Of a stretch of DNA of 64,000 nucleotides, positions 56,297 through 64,000 are shown piece after piece (within the stretch, counting starts at the first letter, position 1; each line of letters starts with the position of its first letter). Source of the DNA: Candidatus Latescibacterota bacterium (lineage in GTDB: Bacteria; Latescibacterota; UBA2968; UBA8231); assembly GCA_965217585.1 (NCBI GenBank), contig OZ244561.1:3584001-3648000 (forward strand), in the 5' to 3' direction. The position numbers and the translations under genes were made by a program. A model generated the notes under the pieces. It was not told where the DNA came from. It did not search any database and worked only from the letters and a program-made list of their open reading frames with translations.

Positions 56297-58099
56297 TCAG
56301 TACGCCACTCCCACCGAGCCCCAGCGGCGCTCCAACTCCTCGTCGGCTTCTACCCGCAACTCGTACAGATACAGCCCCGGCGGCACTAATAAACTCCGGT
56401 CGTCCGTCCCGTCCCACTCCAGCGCATACGACCCGTTGCCGTCCGTCCCCTCATAGGCCCGCCGCACTCGGCGACCGGCCAAGTCGTACATCTCTAGAGT
56501 CACCGTGGCCTCAGTAGTGAGCTTCAACAGTGCATAACTCAGCGCGAAGGCATCGTTGGCCCCATCGCCGTTGGGCGTGAACAGCCGAGGTCCCTCCAAC
56601 TGCGCCACCAGCGGCACGTTGCCGTCCGCGAAGCGCACGACCAGATTGGTCCCTTCCAGCGAGGGGTCCACATCGCGCTCGTCGGCCACTTGATAGGCCT
56701 CTTCGAGTTGACCGTCTTCGCCCCTGCGGTCTAATGCCCGCACCTCAAAGCGCGTGTAGTCGCGGAACACAGCGCCGCGAAAGACGATCTGCACGAAGGT
56801 CCCCGTCTGCTCGATGTGCCGCCACAAGTTGACGTCGAAGCCTTCGCCCGGCTTGTTGGTGGAGGTAAAGGAAATTTCCTTGTCATCGATAAGTATCTGC
56901 TCGATTTCCGTTACCTGCGCGGCCGTGCGCACCTGCAGAAAGCGGAAGCCCGTAGCTTGCAGATTTCGGCCCCTGGCGTCGCGCAGGTGCACTTCCATAG
57001 AGAGGGTAAAGCGCGTCTCGACGCCCGGCTGCACGACGCCGGGGCTGATTTCGGCCAGCAGGCTGCCGACCACCGGCGGCCGCGCAAATTCGAAGACCAG
57101 CCGCCTGAGCACGGCCCCCGGTGAGGTCATGCGCACCTTGAATTGCAAGAAGCGGCGCAGCCCCGGCGAGCGCATCAGACCGCCACTGACCGTCTGCCAG
57201 CTACTCCACAGTGGATTGGGTTTGACCGCCCCCTTTTCCGCATCGGGCAATGCTTGGTAATCCTCTCTGCTCACCCGTTGCAGGCCGTCCTCCGCCTCGG
57301 GGTCTAGGCGGAAGTGGTGCTCGGGGTCGCGGTCGGGGCCGGTGCGCGTCTGCACGGTGGCCGGGGCGTTTTCTATGGAGCCTCCCTCGTAGCGCACTTT
57401 GCCCCAGACGATGTTGGTATAGCGCGCCCGGACCGGCCTAGAGACATAGGTGCCCACGGGCGCGTCACCAGCGCCGTAGATTTCCACTTCTGCCAATTCC
57501 CACTCGCGCTCCGTGCCAGGCTCTATGTGCACGTAGCGCACGTCGCGGCTAGCAAAGGGCTGTTCCACCACCGGCTCGACGTTGGGGGTGGCGGCGAGAA
57601 AGCTGATGGCAGGGGTGTACTCTGCTTGGCGCTCGGCTTGGGTGTAGAGGCGAAAGACCTGTAGGAAGCGGCGTCTGTTCTGGCGGTCAAGGCGCGGGAA
57701 GAGGCGGACGCGATTGACGCGGAAGACGGCGCCGAGGTCGATCTCTACGGGCGTACTGCGGCTGAAAGCGGCAAACCGATCTGGATCGAAGGCCGTAGCG
57801 GAATTGCCGTCGTAGAGCAGAGTGCCTATGGGCACGCGGAGGATTCCATTGGGATTTGCCACCAGCCCCACCGCCATGCCCCCGCGCTCGGCCAAGCGCA
57901 GTGACAGGTTTTCGCCGGGCTCTGCCGGCCACATCCAGATGGAATCGCGCGCTACCCCTAAGAACCGAACCTCCTCGACAATGCTGTCCCAGCGGCCTAG
58001 GCGGCCGTCTTGGCCCACGTCGAGAGTATCGACGGCCAACGCGGAAGTGGCGCTACAGAGGAGGCCGATTAACAGGGTGTGGTGTATGGCTTTATTCAA
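56297..58099 (-). CDS. secreted discoidin-like + FlgD-Ig protein with FTPNGDGxND tail
   Basis: TTG start and signal peptide, IDLG..VNRVRLFPR, ELAEVEIYG, FTPNGDGAND, ends VGVAY. Confidence 0.78.
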   Translation of the reverse strand: MNKAIHHTLLIGLLCSATSALAVDTLDVGQDGRLGRWDSIVEEVRFLGVARDSIWMWPAEPGENLSLRLAERGGMAVGLVANPNGILRVPIGTLLYDGNSATAFDPDRFAAFSRSTPVEIDLGAVFRVNRVRLFPRLDRQNRRRFLQVFRLYTQAERQAEYTPAISFLAATPNVEPVVEQPFASRDVRYVHIEPGTEREWELAEVEIYGAGDAPVGTYVSRPVRARYTNIVWGKVRYEGGSIENAPATVQTRTGPDRDPEHHFRLDPEAEDGLQRVSREDYQALPDAEKGAVKPNPLWSSWQTVSGGLMRSPGLRRFLQFKVRMTSPGAVLRRLVFEFARPPVVGSLLAEISPGVVQPGVETRFTLSMEVHLRDARGRNLQATGFRFLQVRTAAQVTEIEQILIDDKEISFTSTNKPGEGFDVNLWRHIEQTGTFVQIVFRGAVFRDYTRFEVRALDRRGEDGQLEEAYQVADERDVDPSLEGTNLVVRFADGNVPLVAQLEGPRLFTPNGDGANDAFALSYALLKLTTEATVTLEMYDLAGRRVRRAYEGTDGNGSYALEWDGTDDRSLLVPPGLYLYELRVEADEELERRWGSVGVAY

Positions 58100-58113
58100 T
58101 TTGCTCGTCTCGT

Positions 58114-60210
58114 CTATTCGAGTTTGACCATTTTGCGGGCGTGCGTCTGGTCGTCCACCTGCAACCGATATACATAGACTCCGGTGGCGACGGGTTGCCC
58201 CTGCGCGTCGCGGCCATCCCAAGTTAGCTCGTGCTCGCCAGCGGGCAGCGGACCCGTCCACACTCGGCGCATCGGCTGTCCTAGGATGTTGTAGATGGTC
58301 AAGTCCACGTTCTTGGCTCCGGCGGGCACGGTCAAGGGGATCGTCGTGGCCGGATTGAACGGGTTGGGATAGTTGACACCGAGGGCAAAGGAAGCTGGAG
58401 TTGCCGCCTCAGCCGCTACGGCGGTGGCCCGGGTGCCTTGGTTGATAAAGACGAGGACGCCGCCGTGGTCGCTTGTCGGACTCGTTCCCAGCACGACTAG
58501 ATCGGGGTCGCCATCGCCGTTGACATCGCCGGTGAGTGCTTGATTGCCTTCGCCGGGCAGGGGATAGTAGCCTTCGAGGACGGGTGCGCCGTTGGGCTGG
58601 CCGAGCCACACCACGAGTGCCGGACCGACGGTCGAGTTACTCGCGACTATGACCACATCGAGGACGCCATCGCCGTTGAGGTCGCTGGTCGTGGCGTCTG
58701 ACGGGAGCACCTTCCAGTCGAGCAAGGAATCGCGTGTCCACTCGCCGGAGGCGTCCAGACGCCACAGGGCCAAGCCATGATAGAACCAATCTATGCGCTC
58801 GGGGGAGCCGAGTAGGTCCATCGTCCCATTGTCATCGAGATCGGCGATCAGGTGCAGGTTCAGGTTGCAGGGATCGACCGGGGCCTCGACAACGAGCGGC
58901 GGGTCCTCAATGGCAGCCCACGGCCGGGTTAGTTGCCAAGAGTCAGATTCTTGGGGCTGATGGCAGGATGGGCGCCACAACAGGCTGGCGGCTTCGCCGA
59001 GGGGTTGCCCGGCGGGTAGGTAGGGCCAGCGCGCCTCCTCGCTGTCGAGGACGAAGGTGTTGCTATCGACAAAGTCGTAGCCGTCGTTGATCCACAGGCT
59101 TACTTGGGATTGGGCCAAGTGATCGGAGTCGTCGAACTCCTGAATCAATAGGTCCATGTCGCCGTCGCCGTCGCCATCGGCCAAGCCAAGGAGCCAGACA
59201 TCGAACAGTTGCAGGGCGGGATCAAAGCCGCCACCCCAGTTGTACCACAGCTCGACGATCTCGCCTTCGGTAACGACCAGATCGAGGAGTCCATCGCCAT
59301 CGAAGTCGCTTCCCCACAGGTCCATGATTGGAACGTTGTCCCAAGATGCGGTTGAGAGGAGGAACTCTTGGGTAGGTTCAAAGCGGCCTAGCCCATCGTT
59401 GGACGCCACCGTCCAGCCCATTTGGCTTTCGCGGTCCACGCGGCGGTTCCAGAGCACCACGAGATCGGCATCGCCATCGCCGTCCACGTCGCCCACCGCG
59501 CCGTGCGAGGCATATAGATAACTTGAGCCGATGCCCTCGCCGAGCGGGAAAAAGTCGGGATCGGCGAACAAGGTGCCGGGCGGCCCCAACTCCACACCGA
59601 GATCCCTAGGCGACAATTCCCCCTGCGCCAACTCTTCGGCCCCGGTGAGCTGAATCCAGTCTAGTTCTAAAAACTTTGGATGATTGTCCACATCCTGCGA
59701 GTCCCGATATAACAGCATGTCTATCTGAAAATTGAAAAGGGTATCCTGCCAGGTGATCGCCCTGTTTGGGTCTGTTGTCAAGGCGCGTAGATCGATGGTA
59801 ATTTCTTCCCATTCGATGGGATAGGATTGAGTATGGCCCAACCCGTTTCTGCCAGAATCAGGGAGGCGGCTCACGGCGTTGGACCAGCGCATCGAGAATT
59901 GTTGTCCCTCAGTGGGGCTGTGGTGTATGATACGCAGCCGTAAGGTGAGGCGGTCGAACAGGGCGGAGTCTTTGCCGATCAACGGCGAGCGCAACTGAAC
60001 GGCGGGTCTGATACCAAGCCCAGACACGGGAGCAATGCGCCAGACGCCATCGACGATTTCGCTCTTCAATGGCTCTTTATTACCTCTTCTGCTATAATCA
60101 CCTTCCCAGGCGGTCCAGCCCCAAGTGGAGCCGTCGGCGAAATCCCACGTCAGGGCAAAGGCTCCGTGTGGAGCCGCCAACAATAGAATTGCAAAGAGCA
60201 TGTAGCGCAT
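58114..60210 (-). CDS. FG-GAP/VCBS repeat protein with T9SS type-A-like (NYPNPFN)/FlgD-Ig C-terminal domain
   Basis: Signal peptide, multiple GDVDGDGD.DL repeats, NYPNPFNPATTI, WDGRD, RKMVKLE. Confidence 0.88.
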   Translation of the reverse strand: MRYMLFAILLLAAPHGAFALTWDFADGSTWGWTAWEGDYSRRGNKEPLKSEIVDGVWRIAPVSGLGIRPAVQLRSPLIGKDSALFDRLTLRLRIIHHSPTEGQQFSMRWSNAVSRLPDSGRNGLGHTQSYPIEWEEITIDLRALTTDPNRAITWQDTLFNFQIDMLLYRDSQDVDNHPKFLELDWIQLTGAEELAQGELSPRDLGVELGPPGTLFADPDFFPLGEGIGSSYLYASHGAVGDVDGDGDADLVVLWNRRVDRESQMGWTVASNDGLGRFEPTQEFLLSTASWDNVPIMDLWGSDFDGDGLLDLVVTEGEIVELWYNWGGGFDPALQLFDVWLLGLADGDGDGDMDLLIQEFDDSDHLAQSQVSLWINDGYDFVDSNTFVLDSEEARWPYLPAGQPLGEAASLLWRPSCHQPQESDSWQLTRPWAAIEDPPLVVEAPVDPCNLNLHLIADLDDNGTMDLLGSPERIDWFYHGLALWRLDASGEWTRDSLLDWKVLPSDATTSDLNGDGVLDVVIVASNSTVGPALVVWLGQPNGAPVLEGYYPLPGEGNQALTGDVNGDGDPDLVVLGTSPTSDHGGVLVFINQGTRATAVAAEAATPASFALGVNYPNPFNPATTIPLTVPAGAKNVDLTIYNILGQPMRRVWTGPLPAGEHELTWDGRDAQGQPVATGVYVYRLQVDDQTHARKMVKLE

Positions 60211-60232
60211 TGTTTGCCTCCAGAGTTTGTGG

Positions 60233-60258
60233 GTTTGACCATTTTGCGGGTGCGCGTC
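60233..60258 (-). pseudogene. 3' remnant of an FG-GAP/FlgD paralog
   Basis: GTTTGACCATTTTGCGGG is identical to the ends of the 58114 and 62531 genes (RKMVK). Confidence 0.7.
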
Positions 60259-60295
60259 GTGCTTAATTAAACCGTGTTGATCTTAAAATGGCTTC

Positions 60296-62470
60296 TCACA
60301 AGCTCTCCTCGATTATCGCTACCAGCGCGTCTGCATTCCCCCTGAAGCCCTCATGCTCCACGATCAGCCCTTGTAAATCAACCAAGTAATACGAAGGTAT
60401 GCCCATCACTTGGTAGGTTTTGGTTACCTCCGAGCCAGAGCCGGCCCGCACGTGGACACCTTCGATTTTGTGTTTATCAATCGCCTCTCGCCAATCGTCC
60501 TCATCCGCGTCCAGCGATATGTTGAGGAAGACGACCGGCCAGTCGGCCGTTTTTTCTTTGACTTTGCGGAGATAGGGCAGGTCGTTGATACACGGCCCGC
60601 ACCAACTCGCCCAGAAGTCGAGCAGAACCACTTGGCCCTTGAATTGGCTCAGCGATACGGACTGGCCGTCGAGGTCGTCGAGGGTAAAGTCGGGTGCGGG
60701 TTGGCCGGGTTGCAGCTTCAGGGCGGCAGCCAGAGCCACTAGGACGGCCTCATTGTATTCTGGATACGGGTTGATCTGTTGGAACTCTTCCCACTTGCGC
60801 TGGGCCCACTCAGCAAAGGCTTCACTGCGATCGTGCTTGAACCTATTGATCATCTCTCCGGCTAAAAACCAGTAGAGCACTCTCCCTTCGAGTTTTTCTT
60901 TGGCCAGATTGTAGCTAGACCCAAACCGGGGTCCTCTGTCGGCATAGATCGAGTCGAGTTGGGCTTGGACGGCTTCCGACAGCTCCAAGCCCGATAGATC
61001 GATCTTCGCCGACAGGCCGAGCGGTTGACGATGTTCGTACATCGAGTCGAGCTGAGCCTGAGCGGCTGCCGACAGTTCCAAGCTCGATAGATCGATCTTC
61101 GCCGACAGCTTGGGCGGCTCTTTGGATAGGGAATCCAACCGTACTCCAGAAGGTATGTGGAGTACCAACTCTCCGCCCGTCGTATCCGCCCTAGGCTTTT
61201 CTTCCTCACTGAACCAGTAGAAGTTGAGGGACCTATCGGACTTTTCGTACAGGGAGTCGAGTTGCGCTTGGGCGCTTTCCGCAACGCCAAACGCCGACAA
61301 ATCGTACCGCTCGGATAGCTTGAGCCATCGTCCCTCCTTTTCGTACAGGGAGTCGAGTTGCGCTTGAGCACTCGCCGAAACACCAAACGCCGACAAATCG
61401 ACCATTTTCGACAGCACGGACTGTCGTCCCTCCTTTTCGTACAGAGAGTCGAGTTGCGCTTGGGTCGCCTCCGACAATTCCAAACCCGACAAATCGTACC
61501 GCTCGGATAGCGTGGGAGATCTTTCTACGAAACCCTTCTGGTATTCCCAGCCTAGGGTGCGTTCCAGAAACCGGCGATAATGAGCTATGCCTATGGCCTT
61601 TTCGTCCACTAGGGGAAATTCCTGCAGGAAGTCGTAGTACTCCGGGGGGATGTCTCTGTTCTGGCGTCCGTTGGCAAACTGGTAACTCGTCGGGTAATTA
61701 ACCATCCTAACGGCCCACTCGTAGTTGACGTAGTCCGTCACATAGTCGATGCACCCTAAAGACAGCGCGTATTGCTCGCGTCCCTCGGCCAAGAACTCGA
61801 ACTGATCCCGCCGCCACTGTTCCATTAGGCGCTTGAAATCCTCGACCTCCAGACCCTTGTATGCGTCGCGGTCGAGGCGTAGGGAGTAGAATAGCGGGAT
61901 CCACTTGGAAGTGAAGCGGCTGTTGTCTGCGTTGGAGCCGCTGAACGAATAGGAACGGACGAAAAAGCCTTCCTCCATGGCCACGTGCAGACTGTCGCCG
62001 GGTTCGACGAAGAGAGTTAGGAATCTGTGCTCGAAAAAGAACGATCCTAACCACCTGTGCTCGAAAAGGAACGATCCTAACCACTGTACCCATTGCCATC
62101 TCGGTTCCCCGCCTTCGAAATACCCCCAGACGAGGGTCCCTCGGACGACGGGCAGCTCAAGGGCGAAGCGATCCAAGCTGTCGAGCGTGACGCGCTGCTC
62201 AGAGCTTTCCAGCGCCGACGGCGATTCGTATCTAAATGTGATTTTCCGCGAGCGAGGATCTTGGACTTCGCCGGTGATGATCACAACCGATGGCTGGCTC
62301 TGAGTACTGTCTGCGTCCAAACGAGGACTCGCTACCATGCTTTCGCTGCTCACCATGGTAGGCGTTGCGGGACTCTCCTGGGCCGCCCAGCCCTCGGCGA
62401 AATCCCACGTTAAGTCAGAGACTCCGTGTGGAGCGGCCACCAACAACATTGCAAAGAGAACGCGGCGCAT
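60296..62470 (-). CDS. TlpA/redoxin-family protein with five internal QAQLDSxY repeats and an FG-GAP-derived N-terminus
   Basis: APDFTL, DFWASWCGPC, GIPSY. 96-bp and 93-bp internal repeats. Confidence 0.85.
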   Translation of the reverse strand: MRRVLFAMLLVAAPHGVSDLTWDFAEGWAAQESPATPTMVSSESMVASPRLDADSTQSQPSVVIITGEVQDPRSRKITFRYESPSALESSEQRVTLDSLDRFALELPVVRGTLVWGYFEGGEPRWQWVQWLGSFLFEHRWLGSFFFEHRFLTLFVEPGDSLHVAMEEGFFVRSYSFSGSNADNSRFTSKWIPLFYSLRLDRDAYKGLEVEDFKRLMEQWRRDQFEFLAEGREQYALSLGCIDYVTDYVNYEWAVRMVNYPTSYQFANGRQNRDIPPEYYDFLQEFPLVDEKAIGIAHYRRFLERTLGWEYQKGFVERSPTLSERYDLSGLELSEATQAQLDSLYEKEGRQSVLSKMVDLSAFGVSASAQAQLDSLYEKEGRWLKLSERYDLSAFGVAESAQAQLDSLYEKSDRSLNFYWFSEEEKPRADTTGGELVLHIPSGVRLDSLSKEPPKLSAKIDLSSLELSAAAQAQLDSMYEHRQPLGLSAKIDLSGLELSEAVQAQLDSIYADRGPRFGSSYNLAKEKLEGRVLYWFLAGEMINRFKHDRSEAFAEWAQRKWEEFQQINPYPEYNEAVLVALAAALKLQPGQPAPDFTLDDLDGQSVSLSQFKGQVVLLDFWASWCGPCINDLPYLRKVKEKTADWPVVFLNISLDADEDDWREAIDKHKIEGVHVRAGSGSEVTKTYQVMGIPSYYLVDLQGLIVEHEGFRGNADALVAIIEESL

Positions 62471-62530
62471 TGTTTACCTCCAGAGTTTGTGGTCGTGCGG
62501 TTTAGCTTCCTCATCTCCAAGCCCTATCGC

Positions 62531-64000
62531 CTATTCGAGTTTGACCATTTTGCGGGAGTGCGTCTGCTCGTCCACCTGCAAGCGATACACATAGACTCCG
62601 GCGGCGACGGGGCGACCCTGCGCGTCTCGGCCATCCCAAGTTAGCTGGTGCTCGCCAGCGGGCAGCGGACCCGTCCACACTCGGCGCATCGGCTGCCCTA
62701 GGACGTTGTAGATGGTTAAGTCCACGTTCTTAGCGCCGGCGGGTACGGCCAAGGGGATGGTTGTGGCGGGATTGAACGGGTTGGGATAGTTGGCACCGAG
62801 GGCAAAGGTCGTTGGCGTGGCTGCCGTCTCGCTGGCTACGGCTGTGGCCGGAGTGCCTTGGTTGATAAAGACGAAGACGCCGCCGTGGTCGCTTGTCGGA
62901 CTTGTTCCCAGCACGACCAGATCGGTGTCGCCATCGCCGTTGACATCGCTGGCGAGCACCTGATTGCCCTCGCTTGGCAGGGGGTAGTAGCCTTCGAGGA
63001 CGGGTGCGCCGTTGCGCTGGCCGAGCAGCACCACCAGCGCCGGACCGACGGTCGAGTTGCCAGCGATCATGGCCACATCCAGTACGCCATCGCCGTTGAC
63101 ATCGCTGGCGGTGGCCTCTGACGGGAGCACCTTCCAGTCGAGCAAGGAATGGCGTGCCAATCCGCCGGAGGCATCCAGACGCCACAGAGCCAAGCCGTAG
63201 TAGTCGAATTCGAATTCGCGGAACGGATCTATGCTCTCGGAGGAGCCGAGTAGATCCACCATTCCATCGCCATCAAAGTCGGCCAGTAGATGAAGGCCAC
63301 AAGGATTGATCGGGGCCGCAAAAGAGAGCGGCGGTTCCTCGATGGCGGCCCACGGCTGGGTCAGTTGCCAAAAGTCTTGATCTTGAGGCTCAAAGCAGCT
63401 CCCATTCCACAATAGGCTCGCAGCTTCGCCGAGGGGTTGTACGGTGGGCAGCCAGGAAAAGATGAGCCCCTCCTCGCTGCCGAGGACGAAGGTATCGCTA
63501 TTGACAAAGTCGTAGCCGTCGTTGATCCACATAATCACTTCTTGGTAAAGAATATCGCCGACCAACAAGTCCACATCGCCGTCGCCGTCGCCATCGGCCA
63601 AGCGAAGGAGCCAGACATCGAACAGTTGCAAAATGGGATCAAAGCCGCCGCCCCAGTTGTACCACACTTCGACGGTCCCCCCCCATCGGTCTTCAACGAC
63701 CAAATCGAGGAGTCCATCGCCGTCGAAGTCGCTTCCCTGGAGGTTCATGCTTGGAGGGTCTTCAGCGGGTTCGGTTGAGAGGAGGAACTCTTGGGTGGGT
63801 TCAAAGCCGCCTAGTCCGTCGTTGGACGCCACAATCCAGCCCAGTTGTCTTTCGCGGTCCACGAGGCGGTGCCAGGCCGCCACGAGATCCGCGTCGCCAT
63901 CGCCATCTACATCGCCCACCGCTCCGAACGATTCTTCCCGGTGGCCTTGCACAATGCTTGGGATGCCGATGCCCTCGCCGAGCGGAAAAAAGTCGGGTTC
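62531..64000 (-). CDS. FG-GAP/VCBS repeat protein with NYPNPFN/FlgD-Ig tail (paralog of 58114-60210), 5' end beyond window
   Basis: Frame open to 64000 (EPDFFPLGEGIG). Near-identical C-terminal domain to 58114-60210. Confidence 0.88.
   Translation of the reverse strand, partial: EPDFFPLGEGIGIPSIVQGHREESFGAVGDVDGDGDADLVAAWHRLVDRERQLGWIVASNDGLGGFEPTQEFLLSTEPAEDPPSMNLQGSDFDGDGLLDLVVEDRWGGTVEVWYNWGGGFDPILQLFDVWLLRLADGDGDGDVDLLVGDILYQEVIMWINDGYDFVNSDTFVLGSEEGLIFSWLPTVQPLGEAASLLWNGSCFEPQDQDFWQLTQPWAAIEEPPLSFAAPINPCGLHLLADFDGDGMVDLLGSSESIDPFREFEFDYYGLALWRLDASGGLARHSLLDWKVLPSEATASDVNGDGVLDVAMIAGNSTVGPALVVLLGQRNGAPVLEGYYPLPSEGNQVLASDVNGDGDTDLVVLGTSPTSDHGGVFVFINQGTPATAVASETAATPTTFALGANYPNPFNPATTIPLAVPAGAKNVDLTIYNVLGQPMRRVWTGPLPAGEHQLTWDGRDAQGRPVAAGVYVYRLQVDEQTHSRKMVKLE

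Noticed and set aside
60945-61510. Regularly spaced repeats as a CRISPR array
   Set aside because: The repeats are in-frame, degenerate at codon level, lack unique spacers, and no cas genes are present.
58114-64000. Diversity-generating retroelement (TR/VR pair) among the near-identical FG-GAP ends
   Set aside because: No reverse transcriptase in the window, both copies are coding, and the differences are not confined to adenines.

Overview
A GC-rich bacterial chromosomal window with about 50 CDS, one tRNA-Phe(GAA), no rRNA, no CRISPR array and no integrase or transposase. The gene content includes three PhyH dioxygenases (two fused to HEAT repeats), a sulfatase, FG-GAP proteins with FlgD-Ig tails and C-terminal 'WxQIK' tails. 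This resembles FCB-superphylum candidate phyla such as Ca. Latescibacterota, which is an inference. The left part holds the end of an Mrp antiporter operon, gntK, a degenerate two-component pair, hflX, a divergent HTH-citrate synthase/citrate synthase pair and a patchwork of metabolic genes. The middle holds an ECF/anti-sigma/DUF4252 operon, an OSGIN-like flavoprotein, a Gfo-PhyH/HEAT-PhyH/HEAT-UxaA operon, a PD-(D/E)XK + HigBA islet, murA, a glutaredoxin and tRNA-Phe. The right 17.5 kb is one minus-strand block of secreted proteins and is the best candidate for an undescribed system. In it, three paralogous FTPNGDGxND-tailed (T9SS type-B-CTD-like) proteins are interleaved with two paralogous ~890-aa putative outer-membrane partners. 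Upstream lies an FG-GAP tandem array whose middle copy appears replaced by a repeat-rich TlpA. Other highlights are a tandem UxaA with complementary loss of Cys motifs between its halves, a kinase lacking the H-box His, and several gene-fragment scars. All family assignments come from reading motifs by eye; no searches were run.
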